Shown: piece by piece, positions 30,008 to 39,511 of the stretch
Layout: each line of letters begins with the position of its first letter
Position numbering within the stretch: the stretch's first letter is position 1
Source of the DNA: Acidobacteriota bacterium
GTDB taxonomy: Bacteria > Acidobacteriota > UBA6911 > RPQK01 > JAJDTT01
Assembly: GCA_965263035.1 (NCBI GenBank)
Contig: OZ253580.1
Coordinates: 3,136,001 to 3,200,000 of the forward strand
Direction: 5' to 3'
DNA length: 64,000 nt
Position numbers and translations under genes: made by a program
Notes under the pieces: generated by a model
The model's input: the letters and a program-made list of their open reading frames with translations, nothing else
Database searches by the model: none
Told to the model about the DNA's origin: nothing

Positions 30008-30079
30008 CCTCAAGCTCCGGTTTGCGGCACGACCGCCCTCTTGTTCCCGCGAGACATCCGAGAAAAACGTGGGGCGTCC

Positions 30080-30177
30080 TGGAGGGGCGGCTTCCAGTGG
30101 TCCATTTCTCCGATCTCCCCCGCGCTCATTCCCCCATGCTCCGTCCTGAGTTCGGCGGTTGGAAACCGCCGTTCCCA
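30080..30177 (-). repeat. REP-like pair
   Basis: Minus strand TGGGAACGGCGGTTTCCAACCGCCGAACTC ... ACTGGAAGCCGCCCCTCC matches the 15627-15700 unit. Confidence 0.75.
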
Positions 30178-30185
30178 TCCCTGGT

Positions 30186-31169
30186 TCAGGTCCGGGTGCG
30201 GCCAGGCCGGCCGCCACAAGTTCCCAGACGTTCTCCCGTCCTCAGTTTCATCCCATTGATGAAGTCCCCGGCCCGCAGGCGGCCCCGGTTTGCCAACTGG
30301 AGCTCCAGGAGCTCGAGCGAACTGTTTTCACCACATCCCACTAGCATGGCGCCCTGCTCGGTGGTGCGAATCTGGCCGCTCGGGACCGGGGAGGCGGAGG
30401 GGTGAGGATCGCGGCTTCGCCAGATCTTCAAGCGCTCCCTGCGAAAACAGGTGAAGGTGCCGGGCCGGGGATTGAAGGCGCGGATCTGGTCATGGACCTG
30501 GCCTGCCGACCGGGTCCAGTCGATACGCGCGTCCTCTTTCCGGATGAGAGGGGCGAGAGTCGCTCGCTCATGGTCTTGAGGGCGGCCCTGGAGCCGTCCC
30601 GAGAGGTAGGAGGGAAGGGTTTCGAGCAGGAGTTCGACACCTTGCCGGGAGAGTTGCCGTTCGAGTTCTCCCGAGGTGACGTCGGGTCCGATGGAGGTCC
30701 TGGCTTGAGCCACCACGTCACCCGTATCCATGCCCTCGTCCAACTTCATTATGGTCACCCCGGTCTCCTTCTCTCCATTCAGAATGGCGTGGACCACGGG
30801 GGCGGCGCCGCGGTATCGGGGCAGGAGGGAGGTGTGGACATTGAGACTTCCGAAGGGTGGCCAGGCGAAGAACTCGCGCGGAAGAATCTGACCGAAGGCG
30901 ACGACCACCATGACGCCGGGCCGAACTTGCCGGAGGAATTCCAGAGCCTCGACGTTTCCTCGGATCCTGGCACACTGGAAGATCGGCAGCTTGAGTTGCC
31001 GGGCGGTTATCTTGACGGGCGGCGGCGACAACTTGCGTCCCCTTCCGCTTCTTCGGTCCGGCTGAGTGACGACCCCCACCAGCTCCAGGCCGAGACGGGT
31101 TTGATTCTGAGCCAAGGCCTGGAGGAACGTCCGGGCGAAATCGGGCGTCCCCGCAAACAGGACTCGCAT
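30186..31169 (-). CDS. fmt: Methionyl-tRNA formyltransferase
   Basis: GTPDF, TQPDR..GRG, NVH.SLLPRYRGAAP, DTGD; TGATG overlap with def. Confidence 0.96.
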   Translation of the reverse strand: MRVLFAGTPDFARTFLQALAQNQTRLGLELVGVVTQPDRRSGRGRKLSPPPVKITARQLKLPIFQCARIRGNVEALEFLRQVRPGVMVVVAFGQILPREFFAWPPFGSLNVHTSLLPRYRGAAPVVHAILNGEKETGVTIMKLDEGMDTGDVVAQARTSIGPDVTSGELERQLSRQGVELLLETLPSYLSGRLQGRPQDHERATLAPLIRKEDARIDWTRSAGQVHDQIRAFNPRPGTFTCFRRERLKIWRSRDPHPSASPVPSGQIRTTEQGAMLVGCGENSSLELLELQLANRGRLRAGDFINGMKLRTGERLGTCGGRPGRTRT

Positions 31170-31678
31170 CACCAATCCCCGGAGCGGATCAGCTTGCGGA
31201 TCTTGCGCTTGATCAGGTCTCGTTTGAAGAAGGAAATCCGGTCCAGATAGAGGATCCCTTCCAGGTGGTCCACCTCATGGCAGAGAACTCGAGCCAGAAG
31301 GTCGTCGGCCTCCATTTCAAACCGATTCCCCCGCGTGTCCTGTCCGGCGATTCGAATCCACTGCGGCCGAACCACGATGGCGGTGAACCCGGGGATGCTG
31401 AGGCACCCCTCCTCCCTCTTCTGCTCCCCCTCCTGTTCGAGGATCTCCGGATTGACCAGAATGATCTGGTTCCCTTTCTCTTCTCCAGCACTGATGTCCA
31501 CGACCAGGAGCCGGAGGTGTACCCCCATCTGCGGAGCCGCCAAGCCGATCCCCGGGGCGGCGTACATGGTCTCCAGCATGTCCTGAGCCAGATCTCGCAA
31601 CTTCCGGTCGAAATTCTCGACCGGTTCACTCTTGCGCTGAAGCTCAGGAGCTCCGAGCTTGAGGATGGGTCTGATCAT
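31169..31678 (-). CDS. def: Peptide deformylase
   Basis: GIGLAAPQ, EGCLS, HEVDH. Confidence 0.97.
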   Translation of the reverse strand: MIRPILKLGAPELQRKSEPVENFDRKLRDLAQDMLETMYAAPGIGLAAPQMGVHLRLLVVDISAGEEKGNQIILVNPEILEQEGEQKREEGCLSIPGFTAIVVRPQWIRIAGQDTRGNRFEMEADDLLARVLCHEVDHLEGILYLDRISFFKRDLIKRKIRKLIRSGDW

Positions 31679-31705
31679 GCCGAGATCCAGGAAATCCAGG
31701 CGAGG

Positions 31706-32875
31706 TCACATTTCCCGCACCCGCTGACGATAGCTTGCCAGGTTGTGCTTGAGTTCCGATAGGGTGTCGCCCCCGAATTTCTCCTGAACGGCCTGGGCCA
31801 GCACGATGGCCACCATGGCTTCGCCTACCACCCCGGCCGCCGGAACAACACAGGTGTCGGACCGCTCGTACTGGGCCTTGAAGGGCTGCTTCGTCTCGAG
31901 GTTCACCGACATCAGAGGCCGCTTCAGGGTCGCGATGGGCTTGACCATGGCGCGAACGATGATCTCCTGACCGTTGGAAGTCCCTCCTTCAATACCGCCG
32001 GCGCGGTTGGTCTTCCTGTAGAATTCTCTCTCTTGATCGTCGTAGAAGATCTCATCGTGAAATTCACTGCCCAAAGGAGCCTGATCCAATCCGCTTCCGG
32101 TCTCCACTGCCTTGATGGCGTTGATGGACATGAGGGCCTGCGCCAACCTGCCGTCCAGCTTGCGGTCCCAATGGACGTGGCTCCCGAGTCCCGGGGGAAC
32201 TCCGGCGGCACGGACTTCGAACGTACCGCCCAGGGTATCTCCTCTCTCGATGGCATCGTCCACGGCGGCCTTCATGGACTCGTCCAACGCCGGATCACAG
32301 CATCGGAGCGCCGAGGATTCGATCAGGGGAATCAGATCGACGGAAACCGAGTCCAGAAGTTCGGGCGAAATCCGAACGCTCCGAATCGAAATGACGTGGC
32401 TGTAGATCCGAATTCCCAGCTCCGTCAGGAGCAGCTTGCAGAATGCGCCGACCGCCACCCTGGAGGCGGTTTCGCGCGCGCTGGAGCGTTCCAGGACGTT
32501 TCGCATGTCCTTGAACTGGTATTTCAGGGCGCCCACGAGATCCGCGTGTCCAGGACGCGGTCTGGTGACCCGCCGCTTGCGGACGCCCTCGGGATTGGGT
32601 TCCACGCTCATCACGTCGGTCCAGTTGACCCAGTCCCGGTTGTGGATGACGAAAGCGATGGGAGACCCCAGAGTCTCGCCATTGCGCACGCCGGCGAAGA
32701 TGTCCACACGGTCGCTCTCGATCTTCATGCGGGCGCCCCGTCCGTAGCCTCTCATGCGCCGTCTCAGATCGGTGTTGATGAACTCGAGGTCAACGGGAAC
32801 CCGGGCCGGAAAACCCTCTATCGTGGAAATGAGTCCCCGGCCATGAGATTCGCCGGAAGTCAGGAATCGCAACAT
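31706..32875 (-). CDS. aroC: Chorismate synthase
   Basis: GESHG, RPRPGHAD, ERSSARETA, NRAGGIEGG. Confidence 0.97.
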   Translation of the reverse strand: MLRFLTSGESHGRGLISTIEGFPARVPVDLEFINTDLRRRMRGYGRGARMKIESDRVDIFAGVRNGETLGSPIAFVIHNRDWVNWTDVMSVEPNPEGVRKRRVTRPRPGHADLVGALKYQFKDMRNVLERSSARETASRVAVGAFCKLLLTELGIRIYSHVISIRSVRISPELLDSVSVDLIPLIESSALRCCDPALDESMKAAVDDAIERGDTLGGTFEVRAAGVPPGLGSHVHWDRKLDGRLAQALMSINAIKAVETGSGLDQAPLGSEFHDEIFYDDQEREFYRKTNRAGGIEGGTSNGQEIIVRAMVKPIATLKRPLMSVNLETKQPFKAQYERSDTCVVPAAGVVGEAMVAIVLAQAVQEKFGGDTLSELKHNLASYRQRVREM

Positions 32876-33013
32876 GATGTTTTTCCGGAACCTGCTGTTA
32901 CTAAAGACGTTGCTTGGAAGCGGACCGCCGTCTCTGGTAGAATCACCGGGTTTTTATCGGCCCGCTTCCGGCTGCCCCTGGAGGCAGCCGTCTCCGCATT
33001 TTGGAGACCTCAT

Positions 33014-33022
33014 AGTCTAACA
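33014..33022 (-). promoter_or_regulatory. Putative extended -10 (TGTTAGACT) for the aroC-def-fmt operon
   Basis: TGn-TAGACT immediately upstream of a hairpin-rich leader. Confidence 0.45.
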
Positions 33023-33151
33023 TTAACCCGAAATCCACACCGGGTCGCCGAGTGAATCATGAGAAAGATCTTGAACTCAGGCACTTATCCATTTTCGGTG
33101 AGGAATGCGGGATAAAGGACATGCTGCCGGCGGGAGCGGCGGCGGGCGAGG

Positions 33152-33916
33152 GTGATCATGGGTTTCCTTTACAAGATCCTGTATGAGGTCGAGGAGTACG
33201 TCAGCCTCACCGTCCGCAGCGTGACGAACGTCTTCCACCGGCCCCGTTACATTCAGGATACGTTCCAGCAGATGGAGATGATCGGGGTCCGTTCGATTCT
33301 GATCGTGGTCCTGGTCGGTTTTTTCACCGGCGGCGTCCTGGCCCTGCAGACCTCCAAGTCGCTCAAGGCATTCGGCGCCGTGAACCTGATGGGACAACTG
33401 ATCTCCCTGTCGCTGATCCGGGAAATGGGACCCGTGCTGACCGCCTTGATACTGGCCGGCCGGGCGGGTTCGGGCATTGCCTCGGAGTTGGGGTCGATGG
33501 TGGTGACTGAGCAGATCAGCGCGATGCGGGCTCTCGGGACGGATCCCCTGAAGAAACTGGCGACTCCGCGGATCATCGCCTGTACCACCATGGTCCCCCT
33601 CTTGACCGTGATCGCCGACCTTTTCGGGTTGATCGGAGGGTGGCTCGTGTCGTTCTACAATCTCCGTCTGAATACGGCCCTTTACTGGAATACGGCCCTT
33701 CGAGCCATCGACTACAATAGCGTGCTGGAGGGTCTGATGAAGCCGGTCGTGTTCGGCTTTATCATAGGTTCGGTGGGCTGCTACTACGGCCTGGGGACCC
33801 GGGGTGGGACCAGAGGAGTTGGACGGAATACGACTCAGGCCGTGGTGACGGCCTCCATCCTGGTCATCATGGCCGATTTTTTCCTGGGCAAGATCATTCT
33901 GGAATTGTGGCACTGA
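33152..33916 (+). CDS. mlaE: MlaE family ABC permease
   Basis: REMGPVLTA, GRAGSGIASELGSM, EQI.AM, GVG..TT.AVV. Confidence 0.92.
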   Translation: MIMGFLYKILYEVEEYVSLTVRSVTNVFHRPRYIQDTFQQMEMIGVRSILIVVLVGFFTGGVLALQTSKSLKAFGAVNLMGQLISLSLIREMGPVLTALILAGRAGSGIASELGSMVVTEQISAMRALGTDPLKKLATPRIIACTTMVPLLTVIADLFGLIGGWLVSFYNLRLNTALYWNTALRAIDYNSVLEGLMKPVVFGFIIGSVGCYYGLGTRGGTRGVGRNTTQAVVTASILVIMADFFLGKIILELWH

Positions 33917-34707
33917 GCGTGATTCGCTTCGAGAACGTCAGCAAGAAGTACGATGACCACACCGTGCTCCAGAATTTCGACATGGAGGTGCGGCGGGGTG
34001 AGACCAAGGTCTTGCTGGGAGGATCCGGGTCCGGGAAATCGACCATCCTCAAAATGGTGGTAGGTCTGGTCAGGCCCGATTCCGGGTCCGTGTTCGTCGA
34101 CGGCGAAGAGATCACCCGGCTTCGCGAGGAGGAGTTGATGCCGATTCGCCGAAAGATCGGCATCGTGTTCCAGGAGGGAGCTCTCTTCGATTCCCTGACA
34201 GTCAGGGAGAATGTGGCCTATCGGATCCTTGAGTCCGATGAGTATACGATGGAGCAGGTGGAGAGCTGGGTGGTCCGGCTCCTGGGGTTTGTGGGTTTGC
34301 AGGACGCTGTCGACAAGATGCCGTCGGAACTGTCGGGAGGAATGAAAAGGCGTGTGGCCATCGCCCGGGCGTTGATGGGAAATCCCAGGATCATGCTCTA
34401 CGACGAGCCGACGGCAGGGCTCGATCCCATCACCAGCAGAATCACCTGTGAGCTCATCATGAGACTGCGGGACTTGGAGGACGTGACCGGGATTCTGGTC
34501 ACCAACGACCTGCGGGCGGTACGCGCCCTTTCCGGGGAAGTGTCCACACAAGCTCCGGATGGAACCGTCGGCTTCGAGCCGGTGGCCCCGGAAAGAACGC
34601 TGAGAAACACCCGCTTCGTGATGATCAAGAAAGGACGGATCCATTACGAGGGGGGGGATCCCTCCAGAGAGGGCGGTGACGAACACGTCCGTGAGTTCCT
34701 GGCCTGA
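33907..34707 (+). CDS. mlaF: MlaF family ABC ATPase
   Basis: GGSGSGKS, LSGGMKRR, YDEPTAGLDP; H-loop reads TND. Confidence 0.9.
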   Translation: MALSVIRFENVSKKYDDHTVLQNFDMEVRRGETKVLLGGSGSGKSTILKMVVGLVRPDSGSVFVDGEEITRLREEELMPIRRKIGIVFQEGALFDSLTVRENVAYRILESDEYTMEQVESWVVRLLGFVGLQDAVDKMPSELSGGMKRRVAIARALMGNPRIMLYDEPTAGLDPITSRITCELIMRLRDLEDVTGILVTNDLRAVRALSGEVSTQAPDGTVGFEPVAPERTLRNTRFVMIKKGRIHYEGGDPSREGGDEHVREFLA

Positions 34708-34773
34708 GTCTCCCCTGGACGAGCGCTGTGGAGCGGTGGGGCGATCGGGCTCTTGGGGTCGTGGGGAAAGAGC

Positions 34774-36060
34774 ATGAACAGAGGCAGAGGAAAACCCACC
34801 CGTCTCGCCGAGGTCAAGGTCGGAATTTTCGTCATCGTCGCGACGGCGATCCTGGCTTTGGCCGTTTTCAACATCGGCACCCGAGTCGGCCTCCTGGAGG
34901 AGAGGTTTCGAGCCAAGACGTACCTCAATGACACCTCGGGCCTGAAGCCGTCGGACATTGTTCTCATCGGGGGTGTCGAAGCCGGAAACGTCGGCCGGAT
35001 CAAGATCTCCAAGCCGGGCGAGATGCCTCCGACCGAGTCGAATCAGATCAACAGGGCACGGATCCGGGAGCTGGAGAATCTGGCGGAAGAGGAGCGGCGG
35101 AAGCCGGCGCCCGACGAGAAGCGTCTCGATGAGATCCAGTCCGGGATCGACAGGGTTCGGCGCCGGCTCCAGAACGTGGAGGTCTATCTGGACATCAAGC
35201 AGGAGTATCGGCTCTGGATCCAGCGGGACAGCAACATCTCCCTGGGGTCCATCGGCCTGCTGGGAGACAAGTACGTGGAGGTCTCCCTGGGACGGTCCAA
35301 CGAGCCTGCCTTGGTGGTCGAAGAGAAATTCGAGACCTGGTTCGGCGTGGAGACCGATGAGGTGTTGGTGATCACCGGTTCCACCGAGAGTGGCTTCAGG
35401 GAACTCATCATCGGAGCCAACGACGTGCTGGTCAACGTCGAGGCTCTATCGGGGCGGTTGGAAGAAATCATGCAGGAACTGGGCGAAGGGAAGGGTACCG
35501 TCGGCCAGTTCCTGACCAATCCCGAATTCTTCAACAAGGTGAACCTGATCATGGCTTCGACCCAGCAGACCACCGAAAGAGTGGCCGCGCTCGTCGAACG
35601 CCTCATCGAAGGGTCCGGGACCGTTCCCAGCCTCATTCGGGAGGATGACATCTACCAGAGCATCCGGGGAATTTCCACTCGGATGGATGAAATCATCAGG
35701 CGAATCGAGCAGGGGGAGGGCACTCTGGGAAAGCTCTCGAAGGATCCCTCGCTCTACGACAGGATCGAACACACGACTGCCAGCATCGAGTCCATTACCA
35801 AGCGCATGGAAGCCGGAGAGGGCACTCTGGGACGACTGTCAACGGATGACCAACTCTATGTGGACATGCGCCGCACCATGGAGCAGATGGCCGAGTTCCT
35901 GAAGGCGATTCAGGACGGGGAGGGAACCCTGGGCCGGTTGGCGAAGGACGAAGCGCTGTATCAGAATCTGAATCATCTGACCTCGGAAATGGTGAAGTTG
36001 ATCCATGACTTCCGGCAGGATCCCAGGAAGTTCCTGACCATCCGATTCAAGCTGTTCTGA
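34774..36060 (+). CDS. MlaD/MCE family protein with long helical repeats
   Basis: EVKVGIFV TM, GL...D.V..GGV..G.V, GLLGDKYV; repeated GEGTLG.L..D..LY. Confidence 0.9.
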   Translation: MNRGRGKPTRLAEVKVGIFVIVATAILALAVFNIGTRVGLLEERFRAKTYLNDTSGLKPSDIVLIGGVEAGNVGRIKISKPGEMPPTESNQINRARIRELENLAEEERRKPAPDEKRLDEIQSGIDRVRRRLQNVEVYLDIKQEYRLWIQRDSNISLGSIGLLGDKYVEVSLGRSNEPALVVEEKFETWFGVETDEVLVITGSTESGFRELIIGANDVLVNVEALSGRLEEIMQELGEGKGTVGQFLTNPEFFNKVNLIMASTQQTTERVAALVERLIEGSGTVPSLIREDDIYQSIRGISTRMDEIIRRIEQGEGTLGKLSKDPSLYDRIEHTTASIESITKRMEAGEGTLGRLSTDDQLYVDMRRTMEQMAEFLKAIQDGEGTLGRLAKDEALYQNLNHLTSEMVKLIHDFRQDPRKFLTIRFKLF

Positions 36061-36076
36061 GTCGGGGAGAGAATCC

Positions 36077-36904
36077 ATGATTTCGCAAACCATCGGCCAG
36101 GGAGCCCGGGTCATCCTGAGGGGAATCGTGTGGGGACTCATGACCTTGCACATCAAACCCAATCACCTCACCGTTCTGGGGTTCGTCACCAGCATCTGGG
36201 CCGCTTTCGTTTTTGCACGTGGCCACTTCGTTTCCGCCGGCCTGGTTCTGATTCTCGCCGGCCTGTTCGACATGGTGGACGGGATGGTGGCCCGGACCGC
36301 CAACACCGCGACTCCCTTCGGGGCCTTCTTCGATTCGGTGATGGACCGTTACTCGGACCTGATCATCTACCTGGGCCTCATCATTTATTACGGCCAGCAG
36401 GACCGGTTCACCTACGTCGTATTGGTGAGCATCGCCATGATGGGGTCGGTCCTGATCAGCTACACCAGGGCCCGGGCCGAATGTCTGATTCCCAGTTGCA
36501 AGGTCGGTTTCCTGGAACGCCCCGAACGCCTGGTTCTGCTCATCATCGGCTCCTTCTACTCCATGGAGCCCGTCCTCTGGGCCATTGCCGTCATCGGAAA
36601 CTGGACGGTGATTCACCGCATTCTCCACACTCGCTCACAGATGAGACCGTCCGGGCAGCAGCGAGGTCAGGGGCGCTCCGGCCGGGCGCCGGCGGGAGCG
36701 ATGCGATACGTCCGTGGAACCTGGCGCTACGATGTGGTCTGCGTAATTATCCTGGGCTTTGTTCTTCTGACTCCGGCCGCGGTCTTCGACGGCTCCCACT
36801 TCTCCAAGAGGCAGGAGCCGGAAAGTCCGAAAGAGATCCTGCCCGACCCGAAGAAAACCCAGATCCAGACCTTCAGCAGAGGGATACTGCTGCCCTCCAG
36901 GTAG
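36077..36904 (+). CDS. CDP-alcohol phosphatidyltransferase with extra C-terminal TM module
   Basis: PN.LT, DMVDGMVAR...GAFFDSVMDRYSD signature, ERPER. Confidence 0.9.
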   Translation: MISQTIGQGARVILRGIVWGLMTLHIKPNHLTVLGFVTSIWAAFVFARGHFVSAGLVLILAGLFDMVDGMVARTANTATPFGAFFDSVMDRYSDLIIYLGLIIYYGQQDRFTYVVLVSIAMMGSVLISYTRARAECLIPSCKVGFLERPERLVLLIIGSFYSMEPVLWAIAVIGNWTVIHRILHTRSQMRPSGQQRGQGRSGRAPAGAMRYVRGTWRYDVVCVIILGFVLLTPAAVFDGSHFSKRQEPESPKEILPDPKKTQIQTFSRGILLPSR

Positions 36905-36927
36905 GAGATCGTACCGCCTTGGAACGA

Positions 36928-37632
36928 ATGGAATCGGCGCCGCGGAGCTCCCTCCTCTTTCTGCTTCTCGGTTTCCTCACCGCTCATTCATTGGAGGCCG
37001 TGCAGGCGGCGCGAGCAGCCCCCGGTCTGGAGTCGGTGCTGGAAAACATGGACCGGAGAGGCGGCGATCTCCGATCCATGAGCGCCACCATCGTCCAGAA
37101 GAAATGGACCGACATTCTGGAGGAGTTCGACCAGGAAGAGCGGGGCGAGTTTTATTTCCTCAGGGAGAAAGAGGCGATCCGTCTGAGGAGAGACATCACG
37201 GTACCGGGGCGGAGCACCCTTCTGATCAACGACGGAAAAGGAATCTTCTACCAACCGCTTCTCAAGCAGGCCAACCGCTACGATCTGGGGGCGAGGAAGG
37301 ATCGGGCCGAGTTCCTGCTGCTTGGCTTCGTTTCCAAGAAGGATGCCCTCCGCGAGGCCTACTCCATACGGTGGCTGGGTCCCGAAATGGTTGGCGACCG
37401 GCAGACGTACGTACTCGAATTGACCCCTCGATCCAGCAAAGTCTCCGCCTTTTTCTCCCGAATCGTGCTCTGGGTCGACGGCCGGCTCTGGGTCCCCATT
37501 CAGCAAAAGCTGGTGGAGCCCACGCGTGACTACCTGCTGATTCGGTTCGAAGACGTCCGTTTGAACCTGAACCTGCCGGCTTCCAGATTCGATCTGGAGT
37601 TGCCTCCCGACGTCAACGTCATCCAATTCTGA
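36928..37632 (+). CDS. lolA: LolA-like outer membrane lipoprotein carrier
   Basis: Signal peptide; G.FYF, NDGK...YQP, LELTP, C-terminal F....PP.V; the 36130 ORF extension is spurious. Confidence 0.78.
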   Translation: MESAPRSSLLFLLLGFLTAHSLEAVQAARAAPGLESVLENMDRRGGDLRSMSATIVQKKWTDILEEFDQEERGEFYFLREKEAIRLRRDITVPGRSTLLINDGKGIFYQPLLKQANRYDLGARKDRAEFLLLGFVSKKDALREAYSIRWLGPEMVGDRQTYVLELTPRSSKVSAFFSRIVLWVDGRLWVPIQQKLVEPTRDYLLIRFEDVRLNLNLPASRFDLELPPDVNVIQF

Positions 37633-37684
37633 CCGGAAATCGGAAAACGGGGTCGAGCAGTCGGTCAACCGACTCCGGCTGCGA

Positions 37685-38395
37685 CTACTCGGGATCCGAG
37701 CTCACAAGCCGGCCATCCTTCATCCTGATGACACGGCTGGCGGCAGCGGCGGCATCCGGATTGTGGGTGATCATCAGGATGGTCTGGTTGTAACGGTGAT
37801 TCAGCTCTTTCAGGATGGAGAGCACGTTGCCGGAGTTCTGGGAATCCAGGTTTCCGGTGGGTTCATCCGCCAGCAGCAAGGCGGGACGATTGATGACGGC
37901 GCGCGCCACGGAGATGCGCTGCTGTTCACCGCCTGAAAGCTCGGAGGGCTTGTGATCCATCTTGCCCTCCAGTCCCAACAGCTGGAAGATCTCTCGAGTG
38001 CGGGCCTCATTCTGATGGCCGTTGCCATGAATGCGGCACGCCAGCTCGATGTTGTGCCGGGCCGTCAGCGTGGACAGCAGATTGAACCGCTGAAAAACGA
38101 ACCCGATCTTCATCTTGCGGATTTCGGTTCTTTCCGCATCGCTGACCAGGCTCATCTCCACTCCGTCGATCCAGATCCGGCCTGAAGTGGGGGTCAGGAG
38201 TCCGCCCAGGAGATGGAGCAGGGTGGATTTGCCGCAGCCGCTTGGCCCCATGATGGCCAGGAACTCGCCGGTCCGGACCTTCAGGTTGATGCCGCGCAGA
38301 GCAGGGACCTCCATCTTCCCGATGCGGAAGACCATCTGCAGGTCCTCGGCCACCACCAGATTCTTGTCTCGATCCATTTCCAGAGTGTGCCTCAT
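37685..38395 (-). CDS. LolD/MacB-like ABC ATP-binding protein
   Basis: [36 protein letters not shown]. Confidence 0.9.
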   Translation of the reverse strand: MRHTLEMDRDKNLVVAEDLQMVFRIGKMEVPALRGINLKVRTGEFLAIMGPSGCGKSTLLHLLGGLLTPTSGRIWIDGVEMSLVSDAERTEIRKMKIGFVFQRFNLLSTLTARHNIELACRIHGNGHQNEARTREIFQLLGLEGKMDHKPSELSGGEQQRISVARAVINRPALLLADEPTGNLDSQNSGNVLSILKELNHRYNQTILMITHNPDAAAAASRVIRMKDGRLVSSDPE

Positions 38396-38496
38396 TCAGG
38401 AGAGCCCCCCAACGGAATTCAAATGACGGGAGCCCTCTCGGCCGCGAGCCTTAGTTGGACAATCCAGGGTAGCCGCAACCGTAATTGTATACTGGT

Positions 38497-38612
38497 TCGG
38501 AAGCGGGCTTCAACGCCTCGGGATTCGAGGACAGGACGAGCGTTGGGAACGGGGGTTTTCAACCCCCGATTCCGGGGGGCGTGGGGGGGGGGCAAGACTG
38601 TCCCCGCTCCAA
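38497..38612 (+). repeat. REP-like composite
   Basis: TTGGGAACGGGGGTTTTCAACCCCCGATTCC-GGGGGGCGTGGGGGG parallels 28681-28745. Confidence 0.72.
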
Positions 38613-38632
38613 GTCCCCCCTCCTGGTCCGGT

Positions 38633-39511
38633 CTATTGGAGAGTGATCATTTCGGCTCCGGGCGGGACCGGCAGTTGGAAGTGGCGTTCCTCCAACTCGC
38701 GGCCGATTTTCAGGCTCTCCGGCTCCAACTGGAGCCGGAGTGTGTATCGTTCCCGGGGGCGTTCCAGCACGATTCCAGTGTTGACGGCCACTTGACCCAA
38801 GGCGACGGGCGCGGTGTAACGGATCGAGCCCGCGACCCCGCCGTCGGGGTTGAAGTAGTCTTGCCGCACCAGCTCCAACTGGCTGCGCTCGATCCAGAGT
38901 CTCCTTTTCACGCGCAGGTTTTGGCGGTGCAGCTCATGGATGACGTAGTACTTGGATCTGGCGTCCTTCTCCTCGATCATGTTGACTCGTGCTGCCGGTC
39001 CCGTCGGAAGCGGCTCGATCAGGATGGCCGGAAGCACATGCTCCGGCCGGACGTTGTACAGGGGATTGTCGTAATCGCGCTCCAGTTGGGTGCTCCCGGT
39101 GACGAACTTGTTCTTCGTGGGCGCCCAGATCTGGAACTTGGCTTGACGACTGGCCATGGCGACGACGGTGGTTCGAGTCAGCGGATTCAGCACGTTGATA
39201 CGGATGGCATCGGGTCGCTTGGCGATGAGCTGGGAAGGGGCCTTTCGATAACGCTCATGGTAACCGGCGTCCGGCGAGTGCCCTTCCAGCTCCAACCTCA
39301 CCTTGGCGACCAGGCTTTCCACGCTGGCGTACGACGTGTTGATCCGTTCGACCAGATCCAGGAGTGTGGACTCCAGAACCCGCCGGTGGGCAGGAGCCGT
39401 CTCGACCCGGACCTTGGTTTTGATGACCTTTTTGCAGCCGGCCGGCAGCAGCGCCAGCAGCAGGATAGCGAGCAGCGTACGCCCTGCCGAACCGGAGGCG
39501 GGTGGGGTCAC
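38633..39511 (-). CDS. Lipoprotein, probable LolA/LolB-like fold (DUF4292-like)
   Basis: Lipobox-like LPAGC; beta-rich; C-terminal F.L..P.GA typical of LolA-superfamily proteins. Confidence 0.65.
   Translation of the reverse strand: MTPPASGSAGRTLLAILLLALLPAGCKKVIKTKVRVETAPAHRRVLESTLLDLVERINTSYASVESLVAKVRLELEGHSPDAGYHERYRKAPSQLIAKRPDAIRINVLNPLTRTTVVAMASRQAKFQIWAPTKNKFVTGSTQLERDYDNPLYNVRPEHVLPAILIEPLPTGPAARVNMIEEKDARSKYYVIHELHRQNLRVKRRLWIERSQLELVRQDYFNPDGGVAGSIRYTAPVALGQVAVNTGIVLERPRERYTLRLQLEPESLKIGRELEERHFQLPVPPGAEMITLQ

Noticed and set aside
36130-36927. 500-aa version of LolA
   Set aside because: Shadow frame over the phosphatidyltransferase; the signal peptide begins near 36928
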